Source of the DNA: Pseudovirgaria hyperparasitica
Taxonomy: Eukaryota
Assembly (NCBI GenBank): GCA_010093815.1
Contig: ML996567.1
Strand: one strand, 5' to 3'
DNA: 64,000 bases
This document shows, piece by piece, positions 12,352-25,325 of the stretch; within the stretch, counting starts at the first letter, position 1, and every line of letters begins with the position of its first letter. A program made the translations under genes and the position numbers. The notes below the pieces were generated by a model that was not told the origin of the DNA, ran no database searches, and was given only the letters and a program-made list of their open reading frames with translations.

Positions 12352-13240
12352 ATGTCTGTTGTCTCCCTTCTCGGCGTCAAAGTCCTCAACAACCCCACTT
12401 CGTTTGACGCAAAATATTTATTTGAGATAACATTCGAGTGTCTCGAGTCTCTCTCGAAAGACCTGGAGTGGAAACTCACCTATGTCGGATCGGCTACATC
12501 TTCCGAATACGATCAAGAATTAGACTCGTTACTCGTTGGGCCCGTGCCTGTGGGTGTAAACAAGTTTCTCTTCGAGGCAGACGCGCCAGACCTCACCCGT
12601 ATTCCCAACAACGAAATTCTTGGTGTTACTGTCATCCTGCTAAGCTGCAGCTATGATGGCAGGGAGTTTGTCAGAGTTGGTTATTACGTCAACAACGAAT
12701 ATTCTGAAGAGGCCTTGAATGCAGAGCCGCCTTCGAAACCCATCATCGAGAAAGTGAGGAGGAGCATTTTGGCTGAAAAGCCAAGAGTCACTCGTTTCGC
12801 CATCAAATGGTGCGACTACCTTTCCTATCACATTGTTTTCCAGCTAACACAATTCCTATAGGGACTCTGAAGAATCGGCTCCCGCCGAATTCCCGCCCGA
12901 CCAGCCAGAAGCTGATCAGGCTGAAGACGACGCCGATGCATACGGCGCTGAGGAAGAGGAGGAAGAGGAGGCTGACGCTGCAGTTGAGGGTGAGGGCGAG
13001 GCCGCACAGGGCGAAGACATGGAAATGGGTGGTGTCGAAGAGGCGGCCGAGGCCAAGGTCGAAGATGATGCCGCCTCAGACGCTGGCAGCGAAGATTTGG
13101 AAGCCGAAAGCAGTGGCGAAGATGACGAGGAGGATGAAGAGGAAGAAGTTGTCGAGGAGGCTGGCGACGACATGGAAACGGACGAGGCTCAACCAAAGGA
13201 TGCAGCTCAACCGGGTGGTCAGGACGTTATGGTCCACTAG
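12352..13240 (+). CDS. ASF1: Histone H3/H4 chaperone Asf1, 2 exons
   Basis: [15 protein letters not shown]...[14 protein letters not shown]...[13 protein letters not shown]...[10 protein letters not shown]. Intron 12810-12861, followed by an acidic tail. Confidence 0.97.
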
Positions 13241-13480
13241 TTTCACGCAAAGCACATGTGGTTACCTCGAACATCACCACTCTAAATACCCATACGTTGT
13301 ATGACAGCATCACGATAGTTTTCATGAGCATAGATAGATATGATGTGGTTGAACACAAATATATTTCCACTTGAGACATGTTTTCTGCTGAAAAGGCTTG
13401 GCATTGTGAATTTCCGCCCAAGTCCAACCTCTATACCTTTCCACTCCAGTAACATAACACAACACCAGCACACTCACGAA

Positions 13481-14299
13481 ATGCCTCATCTGACGCGAAA
13501 GGAAAGAAGTAAGAGAACTGCTGGCACGCCTCCAAAGCAGACGAAGTCCAAATCTACAAAAATTCGTACGTAGAGATAGTTCATGTGCATCACGTGCACA
13601 CTAAACTTTTTCTCTTTTTCGTTTTTCCGGTTATCTTTCGACCTGATTCATCTAATAAATCTCTTAGAATCACACGAGTCAGAGTCTGACAAGCATGCGG
13701 CTAAGAAACGCAAGACGGCCAGCGAAGAGGCTGGAAAGAGTATGAAGGATGGGGTTGTGGGGGATCATGTAGTGATGGCGGAGGAAGAAGAAGATGATGA
13801 TGATGAAGACGACGACGACGACGAGGAGGAGGATGTTGATGATGGTGTTGATGATGGTGTTGATGATGGTGTTGATGATGGTGTTGATGACGAGAGCAGC
13901 GACGAAAGCAGCACTGAGACCAACGACGAAAGCGGCAATGACAGCAGCGATTCAAGCAGCGATCAAAGCAATGATCAAAGCAGCGACGAAGACACCGACA
14001 CCGACATCGACATGGACGACAATACCAACACCGCCTCCCCATCCCCATCCCCATCCTTCCATCCGCCCACAAAAACCACAACACCCGCGACCGCACTCTC
14101 CGCCTTCTCAGACTTCTACCTCGCCGCCGTAACGGCCGAGTTCGCGGACGATCTGGAGAAGCTGCGGCGCGCGCCTGATTTCCGCATTGCGAGCTTGGAT
14201 GTGCTTGTGCGTGCGCTGCGGCAAGGGGAGCGTGGGTTTGCGCGCGGCGAGAGGGAGAGGATTGGGAGGGGGGTTGTTGATGCTGGGGATGAGGCTTGA
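13481..14299 (+). CDS. RSA3: Ribosome-assembly protein 3 (Rsa3-like), 2 exons
   Basis: C-terminal FSDFYLAAVTAEFADDLEKLRRAPDF...LVRALRQG resembles the Rsa3 domain, preceded by a basic N-terminus and an acidic/Ser linker. Intron 13566-13667 (GTACGT..TTAG) keeps the frame. Confidence 0.75.
13835..13891 (+). repeat. Coding 12-bp tandem repeat (GTTGATGATGGT) x4 plus a partial copy, encoding VDDG
   Basis: Read directly from the sequence. Confidence 0.9.
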
Positions 14300-14499
14300 G
14301 GCTTGAGTGAGAGGGGATTGAGGAAGGGAGTGTTTGATAGATGAATTAGAGTCTGTAGTGTTGCTACTGTATGTACTAACTAGTCCAGTGTGGATATAGG
14401 AAAAGCATGTGTACGCGTCGTATGGCAGCTCTATTTACATACTAGCTATAATTGTATATATATATATATATAAACCGATGACTAAATCATGGGATATCG

Positions 14500-16150
14500 C
14501 TATGTAAACCCCCGACTCGGCGTCACCTCACCTGGCTTCGCCATGTGCTCTGCGACTTGCACCACGCTTAACGTGCTCTCGCTCGCACCCTCTCCTTTCA
14601 CACTCATGCCCAGCATCCGTCTTGCCAGTTCCCTCTGGCCTGCACCCGCTGCGCCCTTTTCGGGGCTTGAGCTTGGTTCGTCCGCACCCTCTGTAGCTTG
14701 GGGTGTGGTCGGCGAGTCGTTGTCGTCGTCATGATAGTTCAGGGGAGTTTTCGGTACTAGCCATGGGACTGAGGTACAGCGTGTGACGAGCCGCATCGTC
14801 GTCTCGTCTACGGGCGCGAAGTGTGTGCCAGAATCGGCGAGGAGGCTTAGCATCTTGAGCACCTCGGCGCGTTTGTAATGCGGCGGTGTAGCGAGCTGGC
14901 TATTCGCGAGTAGTGGATGCAGAACACGTAGATAGGTATGTCTAAGAGCGGCAGCTGGGGGGCTATCAGATGGTAAATCAAGCAGGTTGCGCAGTATCAC
15001 GTCGAGTAGAACGTAGAGGTCATTGGTGTAGAAGTACTCTGCCGTATATGTGGACTGGAAGAGGAGGTATAAGAGTTTGAGGATCAGTAGCTGGAGTGAA
15101 GTCTCCGACTCGCGGTTGAGAAGTAGGATGAGGTTACAGCCGAAGGTCTTGTAGGACGTGCCGTGAGTGCTAAGGGCTTTGATTACGCGGTTTGTGAGGG
15201 GCGTAGGGGTGCGGGCGCCTTTGGCGGGATGGGTCGATGAGACCATGTATTGTTCATTGAGGACAAGCTGAATATTCATTAGTATGCGTGAAATTCAAAG
15301 TTGGACTGTATGGGCCATACTAAGACTCGTATTATAGGGTAGTGGTATGGGTCGTTCACGTCGTCAGAAGCGCCTTCGATTACTTGGAATAAGTAGAGAA
15401 CGAATGTGTCGTTAACAGCCGCTGAAGAGCTATTAGCTCAATCTCCACTATCATTCAGGCGTCATACTCAAGTCTTCCCATGTCAGTCGTTGTATCCTCG
15501 ACATCTCATACAACAGCTCCAGCAGCGTTCTATGCAAGCTTGGATCTTCCTGTATCTGCTCTTCTTGCGTTAACTCCACCAAGCGAGGAAACACCCCCTC
15601 AGTCTGCATCATGCGTAGGGTCTCATCGTCGCTTCGACCATCAATCAGAAGAAAAGCTGCTATCATATGCAGTGTCGGCGCATCCTCCTCCTGCAGAAAG
15701 TGTCAGCTCTTAACCCTTCCTCAACTTGGCGCCTCTTTATACCTGTAGCAAGCCATACACAATCTGCCTCCGCACATACTCTTTTGACGTCTTGAACAAG
15801 GCCGACTGCGTCAGTCTGTACGAGGACCGCGCCACATCGTATTCAGACTGTAGGTACTCGTCTTCGTCAGTCAGCTTTCTTCCACGCAAGCAGACACCGG
15901 AACGCGCACCCTTGAATTTGGTCGTGAAGCTCAAGTAGCTCCGCAGAGCGTTGTCTATCAGCTCATGGTCTGTGGAGTCCGAGGACAGGATATCGCTCAG
16001 TTCTGCGGCAGCAACAGTCAGCACGGGTCGTTTTATGACATGCACACACTTTTGTGTGTCGAATAGCGGGGATTCTTCGAGCGAAGGGTGGTACTGACCT
16101 TCCCAGAATTGCTCCTCGTTGTCGAGAGAGTATGAGACCTCAAATTCCAT
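14500..16150 (-). CDS. LDB17: Ldb17/Dip1 (SPIN90/WISH-family Arp2/3 activator), multi-exon
   Basis: [47 protein letters not shown] and [12 protein letters not shown]-terminus [16 protein letters not shown]. Confidence 0.85.
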
Positions 16151-16643
16151 GCTGAGGCCGAGTGGAGGGCGCTAGAGGCATGGCCTTGAGGCGCTCGCGC
16201 CGGGAAGGGAAATATGGCAGAAGATTGCCGTTGGACTTGTTGCGAGTCGACGGTTGTGGTTGTGGTTGCTTGTGAAATGTGGGGTAGAACTAATTTCGAG
16301 GCTGGCCTCTATGCTAGATACAGCATAGAACAAAGCAGAAAAGAAAATAAAAATTACCACAAATCATGGTGACAAGGGCATACATGTGGTCGATCCGAAT
16401 ATTCCCACTTATATGATGCAACAGTCAGTGTTACACCATCGTGCGTGTGACCCTCCAAGTTACACTATGTATTTCACAGATGTATCAGAGTTTGGGCGTG
16501 TAGATGGACTCTGTAAGTGGCTAAATATATTTGAATAAGAACCTAGTCGTGGATCTGGATTCTATTTTCTTTGGGTTTCGTTGTTCATGGTAATCGTTAA
16601 GGCTTTATGTCAACAACTGCGTGGACCTGGCTGCGCTATATGT

Positions 16644-18551
16644 CTATGACTTAGTCTCCCCTCCTGTCTCTACTTGCGTTTTACTTCGCAGATACTCTTC
16701 TACGTCTTTGTCTTCTGCAGCATCAACTCGAGGGTCTTCTCTTTTAGTCTGAGGCTGTATTTCCTTATCCTTGTCTGCCGCCCCAAGGCCGACCGCCCCA
16801 GCAAGCATGCCAGCGGCAGCGGATGCGCCCTCATACGCCTGGTTCGCCACTGACTTTGCTTGATCTACGTAACCAGGCTGCGTCGTGTCCTGTGCTCCGA
16901 GAGGTTGTGATACGTCCTTTGGTGCCTGACCAACCGTACCTGGTTCCATAGAAACAGTCTTGTCGCCGTCTCCATGGTGGTTAACGGCAGGAGTACCTTC
17001 AGCGCCCTGTCCGGCAGCGTGAGTTGGCTCCTGCTGCTCGAAACGAGTCTCAGACGTGCCAATCCGTGCACCTTCGAGTTTCTTGGAGACTTCATCAACA
17101 TCGGGATGCGCCGGATTTAGTGCAGAAGCGGGGACAGCAACACCGAGGGCTTCCTTATTTTGAGCCGGAGTGGATGCTCCTGGCGAGGATGAAGACGACG
17201 GCTCAGTGTCGAGAGGTGTGCCCTCAGTGGTCGGGTGAGTAGAGTTTCCGGTCTCAAAGCGTTCGAGCGTTTTGCGTCCAATCGGTCTACTAGGTGTGTC
17301 CTCGAAGCCCTTGAAAGTATGACCAGGAGCGAGCTTCGCTACAACTCTACGTCTAAGTTTGCCATCCTCCGTCCCAACAGCAACAGCTTCCGTCTCCCCC
17401 TTCTCGTTTGGGATCCACTTAATAGGCCCCGTTGGGAATGTTCTCCGTCCGTTCTCGTCCGCTGAGCTTTCCCATACCAACGCCTCTGCGATGTCTGGCT
17501 CGATGTTGGGCATCTGACCAAACTCATAGTCGAGTTGCCCGCCATACTTCTTTGGAATGTTTGCCGGGTCGATGTATCGCTCCAGTGTTGGTTTCACGTC
17601 ATTTGCGCCTAGAATGAAGATCTTAGACACAGTGATCGGGTCGAACCACCGTTTTATCCAACCCCACACAGTGGGGAAAAATGCGGGAGCACCAATAATC
17701 TGCAATTTTGTCAGCCAGGTCTTAGGAAAAATCGAACCACCTACAAATATCCTATCCAATGTCTCCGGATAATGTGCAGTAGCCAACGTACTTGCATCTT
17801 GCATATGCGCCTTCAGATTCCAAAACTGCTTTAGCCCGACTTTGGAGATATCAACTATGTTGTTGCTCTGGCTGATGGGCGTCTCAGGGTGGTCGCGCCC
17901 TTTGATGGCCGTACATAGCGGAAGGATGAACGTGATCATATTCTCATAGAGAGCAAAGAGACGGAGCATCTTCGTGGGAACTTTGGTGGCGTTGAAATTG
18001 ATCGGAGGTGGGTATTTAGCGGTGTTCTCTTCGTATGCGGTGAGGGTTTTCTGATTCAAAGGTGCGACCTCGTACACATACACAGGTATGCCTCTTCGGT
18101 CACGACGGCCGGTCCACTGGGGATACTGGTGGTTCATAAGTAGCTATACCACCTGGGCTGGAAGATGCTGACATACTAGCTTGCGCGTAGCCTCATATTC
18201 GCCGACATTGATACGCTCGTAAAGTTCCTCAAGGTTATTCTCTTTTCTCCAGTCCTCTGTGTCTTTAAACTGCCCATACGCTTCTTGTGCGTTGAACTTT
18301 CGCGCACGCAGGTATCGCCTTTGGGGAGCTGTCAGCTTTGAGCCCCTTGGAGAAAGGAGCGGGATCAATTACAGTAAGGTCTCATCGTCGTGGCTGGGCT
18401 CTCCCTTGCCATCCTCGCCTTTCGGTTTGTAGTAGCCTTTCTCTTCGCATAGAACTTTGAACGCAGTTAATGAAGCTTGTTGTTGAGCATTGAGATGACC
18501 GATGTGCGCCGCGGGGTATTGGAACGAAGGAACTTTGGTGAGGTCGGCCAT
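16644..18551 (-). CDS. CRAL-TRIO (Sec14-like) lipid-binding protein, multi-exon
   Basis: AHIGHLNAQQQASL, DDETLL/RYLRARKF, YPQWTGRRDRRGIPVYVY, HYPETLDRIF, WGWIKRWFDPITVSKI, NIPKKYGG. Confidence 0.9.
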
Positions 18552-19030
18552 GATGTTATGGCAAGTTAAGGTGAAAATATAGGAATAGAATGTGTATCGG
18601 CGCAAAGAAGCGCAATCTATGAGGCAAACAACTCTATCAACAATTGTTCATAGATTCAATTTCTGACGTGGACCGGTCAGTTGGAGGCACGACGTCAGAT
18701 CGGAAATCGGTGTCCGCTGGTCCAAGCTCCCTCCCAACCACCTCCGGGCTCCCCTGTCTTGACTCGGGTTTTAAGATGGTCCGAGTATGCAATGCCGATG
18801 CTGACTTCATGTCTCGCTTGGCCTCCTGAGTCATGGGTAAATAACCTCATATCTCCAACGTTGCTGAGGATTCTAACAGCAACACTCAGTTCAGGGCTTC
18901 CAGGTGACATCAATATCTACTCTCCAACAATTGTACACAGTATGCCGCTCAAAAATAGCGAAAAAAAAAATAAAGATATGCAACATGCTCAGAACGCCTC
19001 TCCATGCAAAAAGTCAATGGCCAGACGCTG

Positions 19031-22000
19031 CTAGTTCTGTAACAACTTTTGCCCTTTTCTCGATCTTGCGCCATCTTCTCCTGGACGCGGAAAGGCACAC
19101 CATCGGTCTTTGATTGCAACGGCCTCGTACTGGCCCTCTTCGCTAGCTTTGACCTTGATGCTGAAGTCGTCGGTCCTTTCGACTCTAGTCTCAAGGACTT
19201 TGCTCTTATGTCCGCTTTTAGCATTCGCAAGTGTGCTGCGTGTGTATGTAACCTCGAAAGGGGGTGTTCCCGTAAAGTCAAACGAGATTTCCGTCTCGCC
19301 GCCTTCCCGTAGATTTATGCTTGTGACTCTACCCTGCGATATACGCACTGTCGGCATTGGGTGAATAGTAGCTTCTAAGTTCGTGTTGGCACGGCAATTT
19401 GAAGCATTGTCGGATATTCCCGTGATGGCAAACGCTCCCGGGGCCTCCGCAAGACGTCGGAACGAGGTGTCTGGAGACGCAGCCTTGAGGGTCTTGTCGT
19501 TGAACTTTGTAAACACTTGGAACGGAGGAGTGCCGGAAAGCGTGTACGAAAGGCGCTCACCAACACAGTAGTCAGTGCGACTTTCCACGGCGGTGATAGT
19601 TGGAGCATCGTGTACCGAGATTGAGACCTTCTTTGCATCTGCACCTAGCCGCCGTTGACAGCCACGGCTGTCCCGAATTTTGCGAATGAAGACATTCGAG
19701 ACACCGTGTTGTAAGTGTTTATGCGAGATGCGAAGCTCGTAAAGGTTGCTGGGGATATTCGGAATGGTGACATATTCTGGGCTGCGGCTGCGTCCGCTCA
19801 AATGTTTGATCTCAACCTCAAGGGTGAAAGGCGGGACACCAGTAAGCTTGACCGGAATCACTTCCTCGCCATCTGCTTCTCTAGAGCAGTAGCTGTATGT
19901 CTTCCCGGGCTGCTCAAATTGCCCATCAGGGCGTGGGTGGACCCTTTGTTCGACCACTATGATCGTATTTTTCGTCCCGAGGTAATTTGCGTCGTTCAGT
20001 TTGTTGAAGTCATATTCGTAGATACCCGGTTTCATAGTATCCACTCTGACGTTAGCGACACCAAGGGCAGCCTTGATCTGTTTTTGGCTGGTCTGTCTGG
20101 GACCTTTGTCTGGCTTGATGTTTTCGGTATATTCGAGATCATACGGAGGCGTACCTGTTCAAGTTAGGCCGAAGTTTTATATTGTTAAATTCTGCACTCA
20201 CCTGAAATCATTACGTCAAAGGAATCTTCGTCCCCTTCACATACAGCGTTCTTAATGTAACGATCACCAGACAGCGTCATGGAAGGATTCTCAGGTATGC
20301 TGATTCCTGGGCGTGGGACCCAGCCAACATCAAATCGCTTCCCACTTTCCTCGATAGATCCAGGACAGTTAGCGTCATACAAGCTTACAAGCTCGTATGT
20401 CCCTGATTGTGAGACTTCCAGGGCATCATTCTCTCGGGTGAGTAATATTGTCAATTTTTTCTCTGGCTGTTCGAGATTTCGGTACGTCGCCATCCAGTTG
20501 GGCTTACCTGTCAAACGAAGAGGTAGACGCACTTTCTTGCCTTCTAAGATCTGAAGGGAACGTTTGCCTTCAATAAGCCCAAAGTAGGCCTTCGGTCGTT
20601 CATTGCGGACCTTGAACTTTGCTGTCTTGTCCAGAAACTCCTTGCACCCAAGCCTGTCCGTGATTCCCGTCAGGACGAGCGAATAGTCTCCGCCGGATTT
20701 GAGCGGCTCTGTCTGAATTTTGAAGTCTGGGCCACTGATATCCTCTTCCTTGCGTTTGCTTCGCTTGCCGCCATGCACAAGTTCGTATTCGAGAGTGAAT
20801 GGGCCTTCGCCTTGGAGACGGACACCATAAGAGACGGGCCCATCGATACAGGCTTCTTGTGGGCTATCGTCAGTAAATCGTGCCGACGCAGCTGGTTTTA
20901 CATCCTGAGTGACACGATCGCCAAGGGATACTTGCTTGTAGACGGCGTCGCTAATTTCCAAGAACCTATATGTGTATTTTCCAGCAAGCGAGGGTTGAAG
21001 GATAATCTGGCCTCTGAGACCGGAGATCTGCGCGGATTTGGGAGTAGGCGGGGAGCCGCTCTTCTCTTCGATCCAACTGATGTCAAACGGAGGTGTGCCG
21101 ATGAGGTCCAAATCTAATCGAATACCAATTGGATTGCCGGCGCATTTATCATGGATGTGCTCTGTCGTAATGGACATTTCTGGTTCAGGGGGGTTTTGAA
21201 GTAAACATGAAGCTGGCTCCATGACCTCTCCTGAACAGTAAGCACTGGAAACTGACCGCAACGTGTAAAGTCCGCTCTCATGTACATAAAATCTATCTTG
21301 CAGGCTCTTGAGTGTATGCTTCTGTATCACGGCTAGAGGGCCGTGTTCACCATTTGGAGTGAGATCGTCTTCCTTGGTAAAGATGTACTCCAAGTCGTGC
21401 ACCGTGCCTTGAATTGGGCCTTTGCCTGAGGAGGAGAAGTCAAGGGGTAGCGCAGTCGCTCTTCCCTTCGCGACCTGCAGAGGTTTCTGGTAATTGCATT
21501 TGCTGAGCTTGACTTTGGGTCGCTCATGGACCATCAACGTTTGGTGGTGAGCAGTGTTCTTTCCGGACGCCCGTGTGCCCTCTTCATCGGATCCAGGGGC
21601 ACCGTATGAAACCTTGTTACCCAGAGCATCTTGCACTTCATCTATGGTGTATGACCATACTCCGCTGTGATGGAGGGTTTCGCTTAGCGGGACAGAGACG
21701 GTATGTGAGCGAGCCCATGATAAATCGGACTCTCCGCTCCTGACCAAAGTAGACGATTTTTGCTTTCCATAAGGAGAGACGAAATCGTCTGGTTGAATGC
21801 TCTGAAAAGATGAGCTGTGTGGCTCACCATTCATGAAGCGGTGGTAGACAACTTTCAAAGGTGGAGCGCCCTCGACTTCCATAGTGATATCGGACAATTC
21901 GTTCCGACATCTGTTGCTTCCTGTCGACTTTATCCGGGCTTGTGGACAGTTCACGACCAAGAGTTCGGACATGTGTGCCTGAACTTCGAGATCAGTTTCG

Positions 22001-22985
22001 TCCACTACCCTTTGCAGGATGTACAACCCAGTCTTCTTCACTGGATAGTTCATCAAGATTGGCGCTGTGGGATCCGACGTTTTCTGCTCCTTCTTAGACT
22101 GGTTTCTAAGCTTCTTGATATCCTTCGCCGACAGTGTGATGAGGTCACTACTGGTGTTCTCGAGATCGATGTGTAGAATTTCCATGCGAACCGGGTTGGT
22201 TTGGTTGATCTGAATGGGTATATGTATCGAGTTGACACCGCCACCGATGCAGAACGCGTCATTTGTCGGATTCAGCAGCGCGGAACTATACACCTCAAGT
22301 CAGTAAAGCCTTGGACAATTAGTGAATCAGAACGTACCCCTCTGGTAAGATATTGATGATCTGTTTTCCCAGAATCAGAGACGCATTTTGTATGATATGT
22401 CCCGGCTTGACAGAACGACCCATCAGACCCATCTCATCGTCCTGTATTGCCTTCAGGAATCCAAACAGCCATAGGTGTATTGGTATCTGCATGTCCGTAA
22501 GAATCAATCACAATACTACAAATTATCGAACGTACCCCGACACGGAACATTAGTATTATATTCAGCACCATATGAGCCCCCCAGATGAGAGCAGTGAAGG
22601 ATGTAGACCACTCTAGCCATGGGATTTGAAGGACTGGTATGCCAAAGATGAAGACGAGGTCGAAGCCGCACCATTTCAGAAAGGCCCAGAAGGATTCTGT
22701 GTCATCGGCGACCAAATTGTAGTAGTCGTAGAACCGCCATGCGTGGAGGATGCCATAGAATAGAAGAATGTAGAGTCGTTGCGAGGGAGCGTCAATCGTA
22801 TCGAAGGGTATCAGAGGAGAGGCAGCTGAGGTTTGTGTAGGTGCCTTTGGCATGCTCTGCAAGCCTGTGCTCACCTTGGCTGTGTCGGCTGGGGGCGCAT
22901 TTTGCGCATTTTGTCGCCGGCGAGCCGTAGGAGTTGATTGCGGCGTCTGCGGGAAGGCAGAGCGAAGTCGTGGAGTGCCGTTCAT
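19031..22985 (-). CDS. POM152: Pore-membrane nucleoporin Pom152, multi-exon
   Basis: MNGTPRLRSAFPQTP, PLIPFDTIDAPSQRLY, transmembrane segments, then repeated Cys-containing Ig-like luminal modules (DKCAGNPIG, GTPPF repeats, AIKDRWC). Confidence 0.92.
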
Positions 22986-23563
22986 TGCATCCTGCGAATT
23001 GTATAGTTACTTACAGGCAGTAAAGAGTGGAGCGCCTGACTATCAGGACGACGGTTCGCTGAGTCGTGTGCTGTGTTTGCTGATGAGTGAGTTCGGGAAG
23101 TTTGCACTGAAAGTCAATTAACATCGAAGCTCTAATAACACACGGCAGCGCGTCACTGAAAACCCGCGTCTGCCAAGATGATGCTTGGCGGACCCTGATG
23201 ATTGCCTGGGGCAGAAACCAAGTAGTAACATTCTTCCATAGAGAAAGTGCAGAGTGAAGTGTTTCCATCACGCGTTGTTCACGCAAGAATGAAAGCCTGG
23301 TATTGTCTGGCATAGTGAGTGAGCTTGTCACGGAATCCCTCTACCTGGCTCAGTAGTCGCCCAGCCTCCTCAAAATGAAGCCTTGCGGCACTTCGGCCTC
23401 GTTCCTTCAATCTGGGTCTTTCTTACTTCATCCCTCTGGCGCTACGTGGTAACCTGGATACATTACTTACTATAAGCCTGTGGCCCTCAAGAAATTTCCG
23501 TCGGAGTGCTGAGAAAGGCATCATATTCGCGAGGAGTCTGCGTTGAACCGATCCGATCACGGG

Positions 23564-25107
23564 ATGTCACCTCCACGAAAACGAGTAAAAACGTCAGAAG
23601 ATGGAAGCTCAAGTCCAAGTCGGTCTGGCCCTGACACTTTAGTCAACGGATCTGTCGGAAAATACTCGAAGTCGATAACTCATGGAGCCACAGCGCAGGA
23701 CAAAGCAACCTGGCAAGGGTTCTGCGACATTGAGTCTGAACCGGTGAGTTGCACCACGTCGTTTGCGTTGTCTCTTCCACTCACGATACCTCACAGGCCT
23801 TGCTCAATGTGATGCTGAGAGAATGGGGTGTTCGGAGTGCGAGGGTTCGCGAGATCTTTTCGCTCGACGATCTAGGCGCTGAATACTCACCGTGAGGCTA
23901 GATTGTCCACACACATTATGCCAAATGCTAATGGCTGGCAGCAAGCACGTGTTTGGCCTGGTCTTCTGCTACCAGTACTTTGAGCCAGACTATGGGATGC
24001 ACGAAAAGAGTTGCCCTGAGCATATATGGTTCGCCAACCAGCTATCGACAAGTTCATGTGCTACCGTGACCATGTTGAACATTCTCAACAACGTCCCTGG
24101 GCTGGTCCTGGGCGAGAATCTCCAGAGCTTCAAGGACTTCACACGCACGTTTGAGCCATTTCCGCGCGGTGAAGCTCTAGCTGAGTTTGAATTTGTCAAG
24201 CGCATTCATAATTCATTCGCCACCCGCAGCGATATGATGAACTTTGACCTTCAAATGAAGGGTAGCTTTGACACGGCCATGAAAGCCAAAGCACAGCAGG
24301 CTAGACGGGAGGCACAGCAAGCCAAACAAAAGGCACGAACGGGCAAAACGAGCACTCCTCGAAAGAAGAAGAAACGGAAGGCTGATGACGAATCCGATGC
24401 GGAGGCTGCCTTTCACTATCAAGCCTTCCTGCCGATTGGAAACGAGCTGTGGAAACTGGACGGAATGGATTACTATCCGGAGAAACTTGGTGAGTGCCAC
24501 AATATTTTACTTGAAAACCCATTCTAAACCTTCCACAGGCACATTCGAAGAAGGCCAGGACTGGACCGAAGTGTTCAGACCACTCCTGGAAGAGCGAATC
24601 CTCCTGCTCAGCGAGCAATACGGCGCCGAAGTCAACCTGATGTGCCTGCACAAGGACGAAGCCGCCGAACTGCGCGAGCATCTCGCCCAAAACATTGTCT
24701 CCATAAGAGCCGCTGATGCCAGGCTCGACACGCTGCAGCCAGACTGGCGCAACTTCCTCGAAGAAGATCCCGGCCTCATCGTCGGCCCAAACACAGACCT
24801 GGGCATCGACGAAGACTACCTCGCCAAGATCAAAGTGCCTCTACCAGTGCAACATCGAATCGACGAAGACAGTCCGACGATGCTCATCGATTTCCGCACT
24901 CGTCTTGTCGACAAGCAGAAGGCGATTGACCAGAGTGTCCTGCAGGTTGCGACTGCAGATGAGCGACAGGAGTCGGAACATGCACGAGACTCCCGCTCCG
25001 ACTATCGCTCATTCCACTATCAGTATCTAGTCGAGCTTGCAAACGCAGGCTGCCTGCGCGATGTCGCAGAGGACGTACGAGCCGCCAAGGAAGCAAAGGG
25101 GAAGTAG
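23564..25107 (+). CDS. Ubiquitin C-terminal hydrolase, peptidase C12 (UCH37/UCHL5-like), 4 exons
   Basis: WQGFCDIESEP, WFANQLSTSSCAT (Gln, catalytic Cys), IHNSFA, FHYQAF (His), LWKLDG (Asp), and a C-terminal ...RSDY...LA ULD-like helix. Confidence 0.88.
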
Positions 25108-25325
25108 TCATAATTCAATATGTTCCCTGGTGTCTGAATGTGGGCAACGCGGGGGTCTTCTTCTCGTCTGCCTGTCCCTGCGATCCTGCGGTTCGAACAT
25201 GTGTTTCCCAACTCTCGGATCATCGCCTCCATTACATACATGGGTCCTTCCCTTAGGTAAGACCTTGTAGCATAACCACCGGAAATGCTCTCACCCACTC
25301 CGAGCCCCGCACGAGAAACACAAAT

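Noticed and set aside
12005..12430. 141-aa ORF overlapping the ASF1 5' end
   Set aside because: Non-ATG start, composition typical of a pyrimidine-rich promoter/5'UTR, and no motifs.
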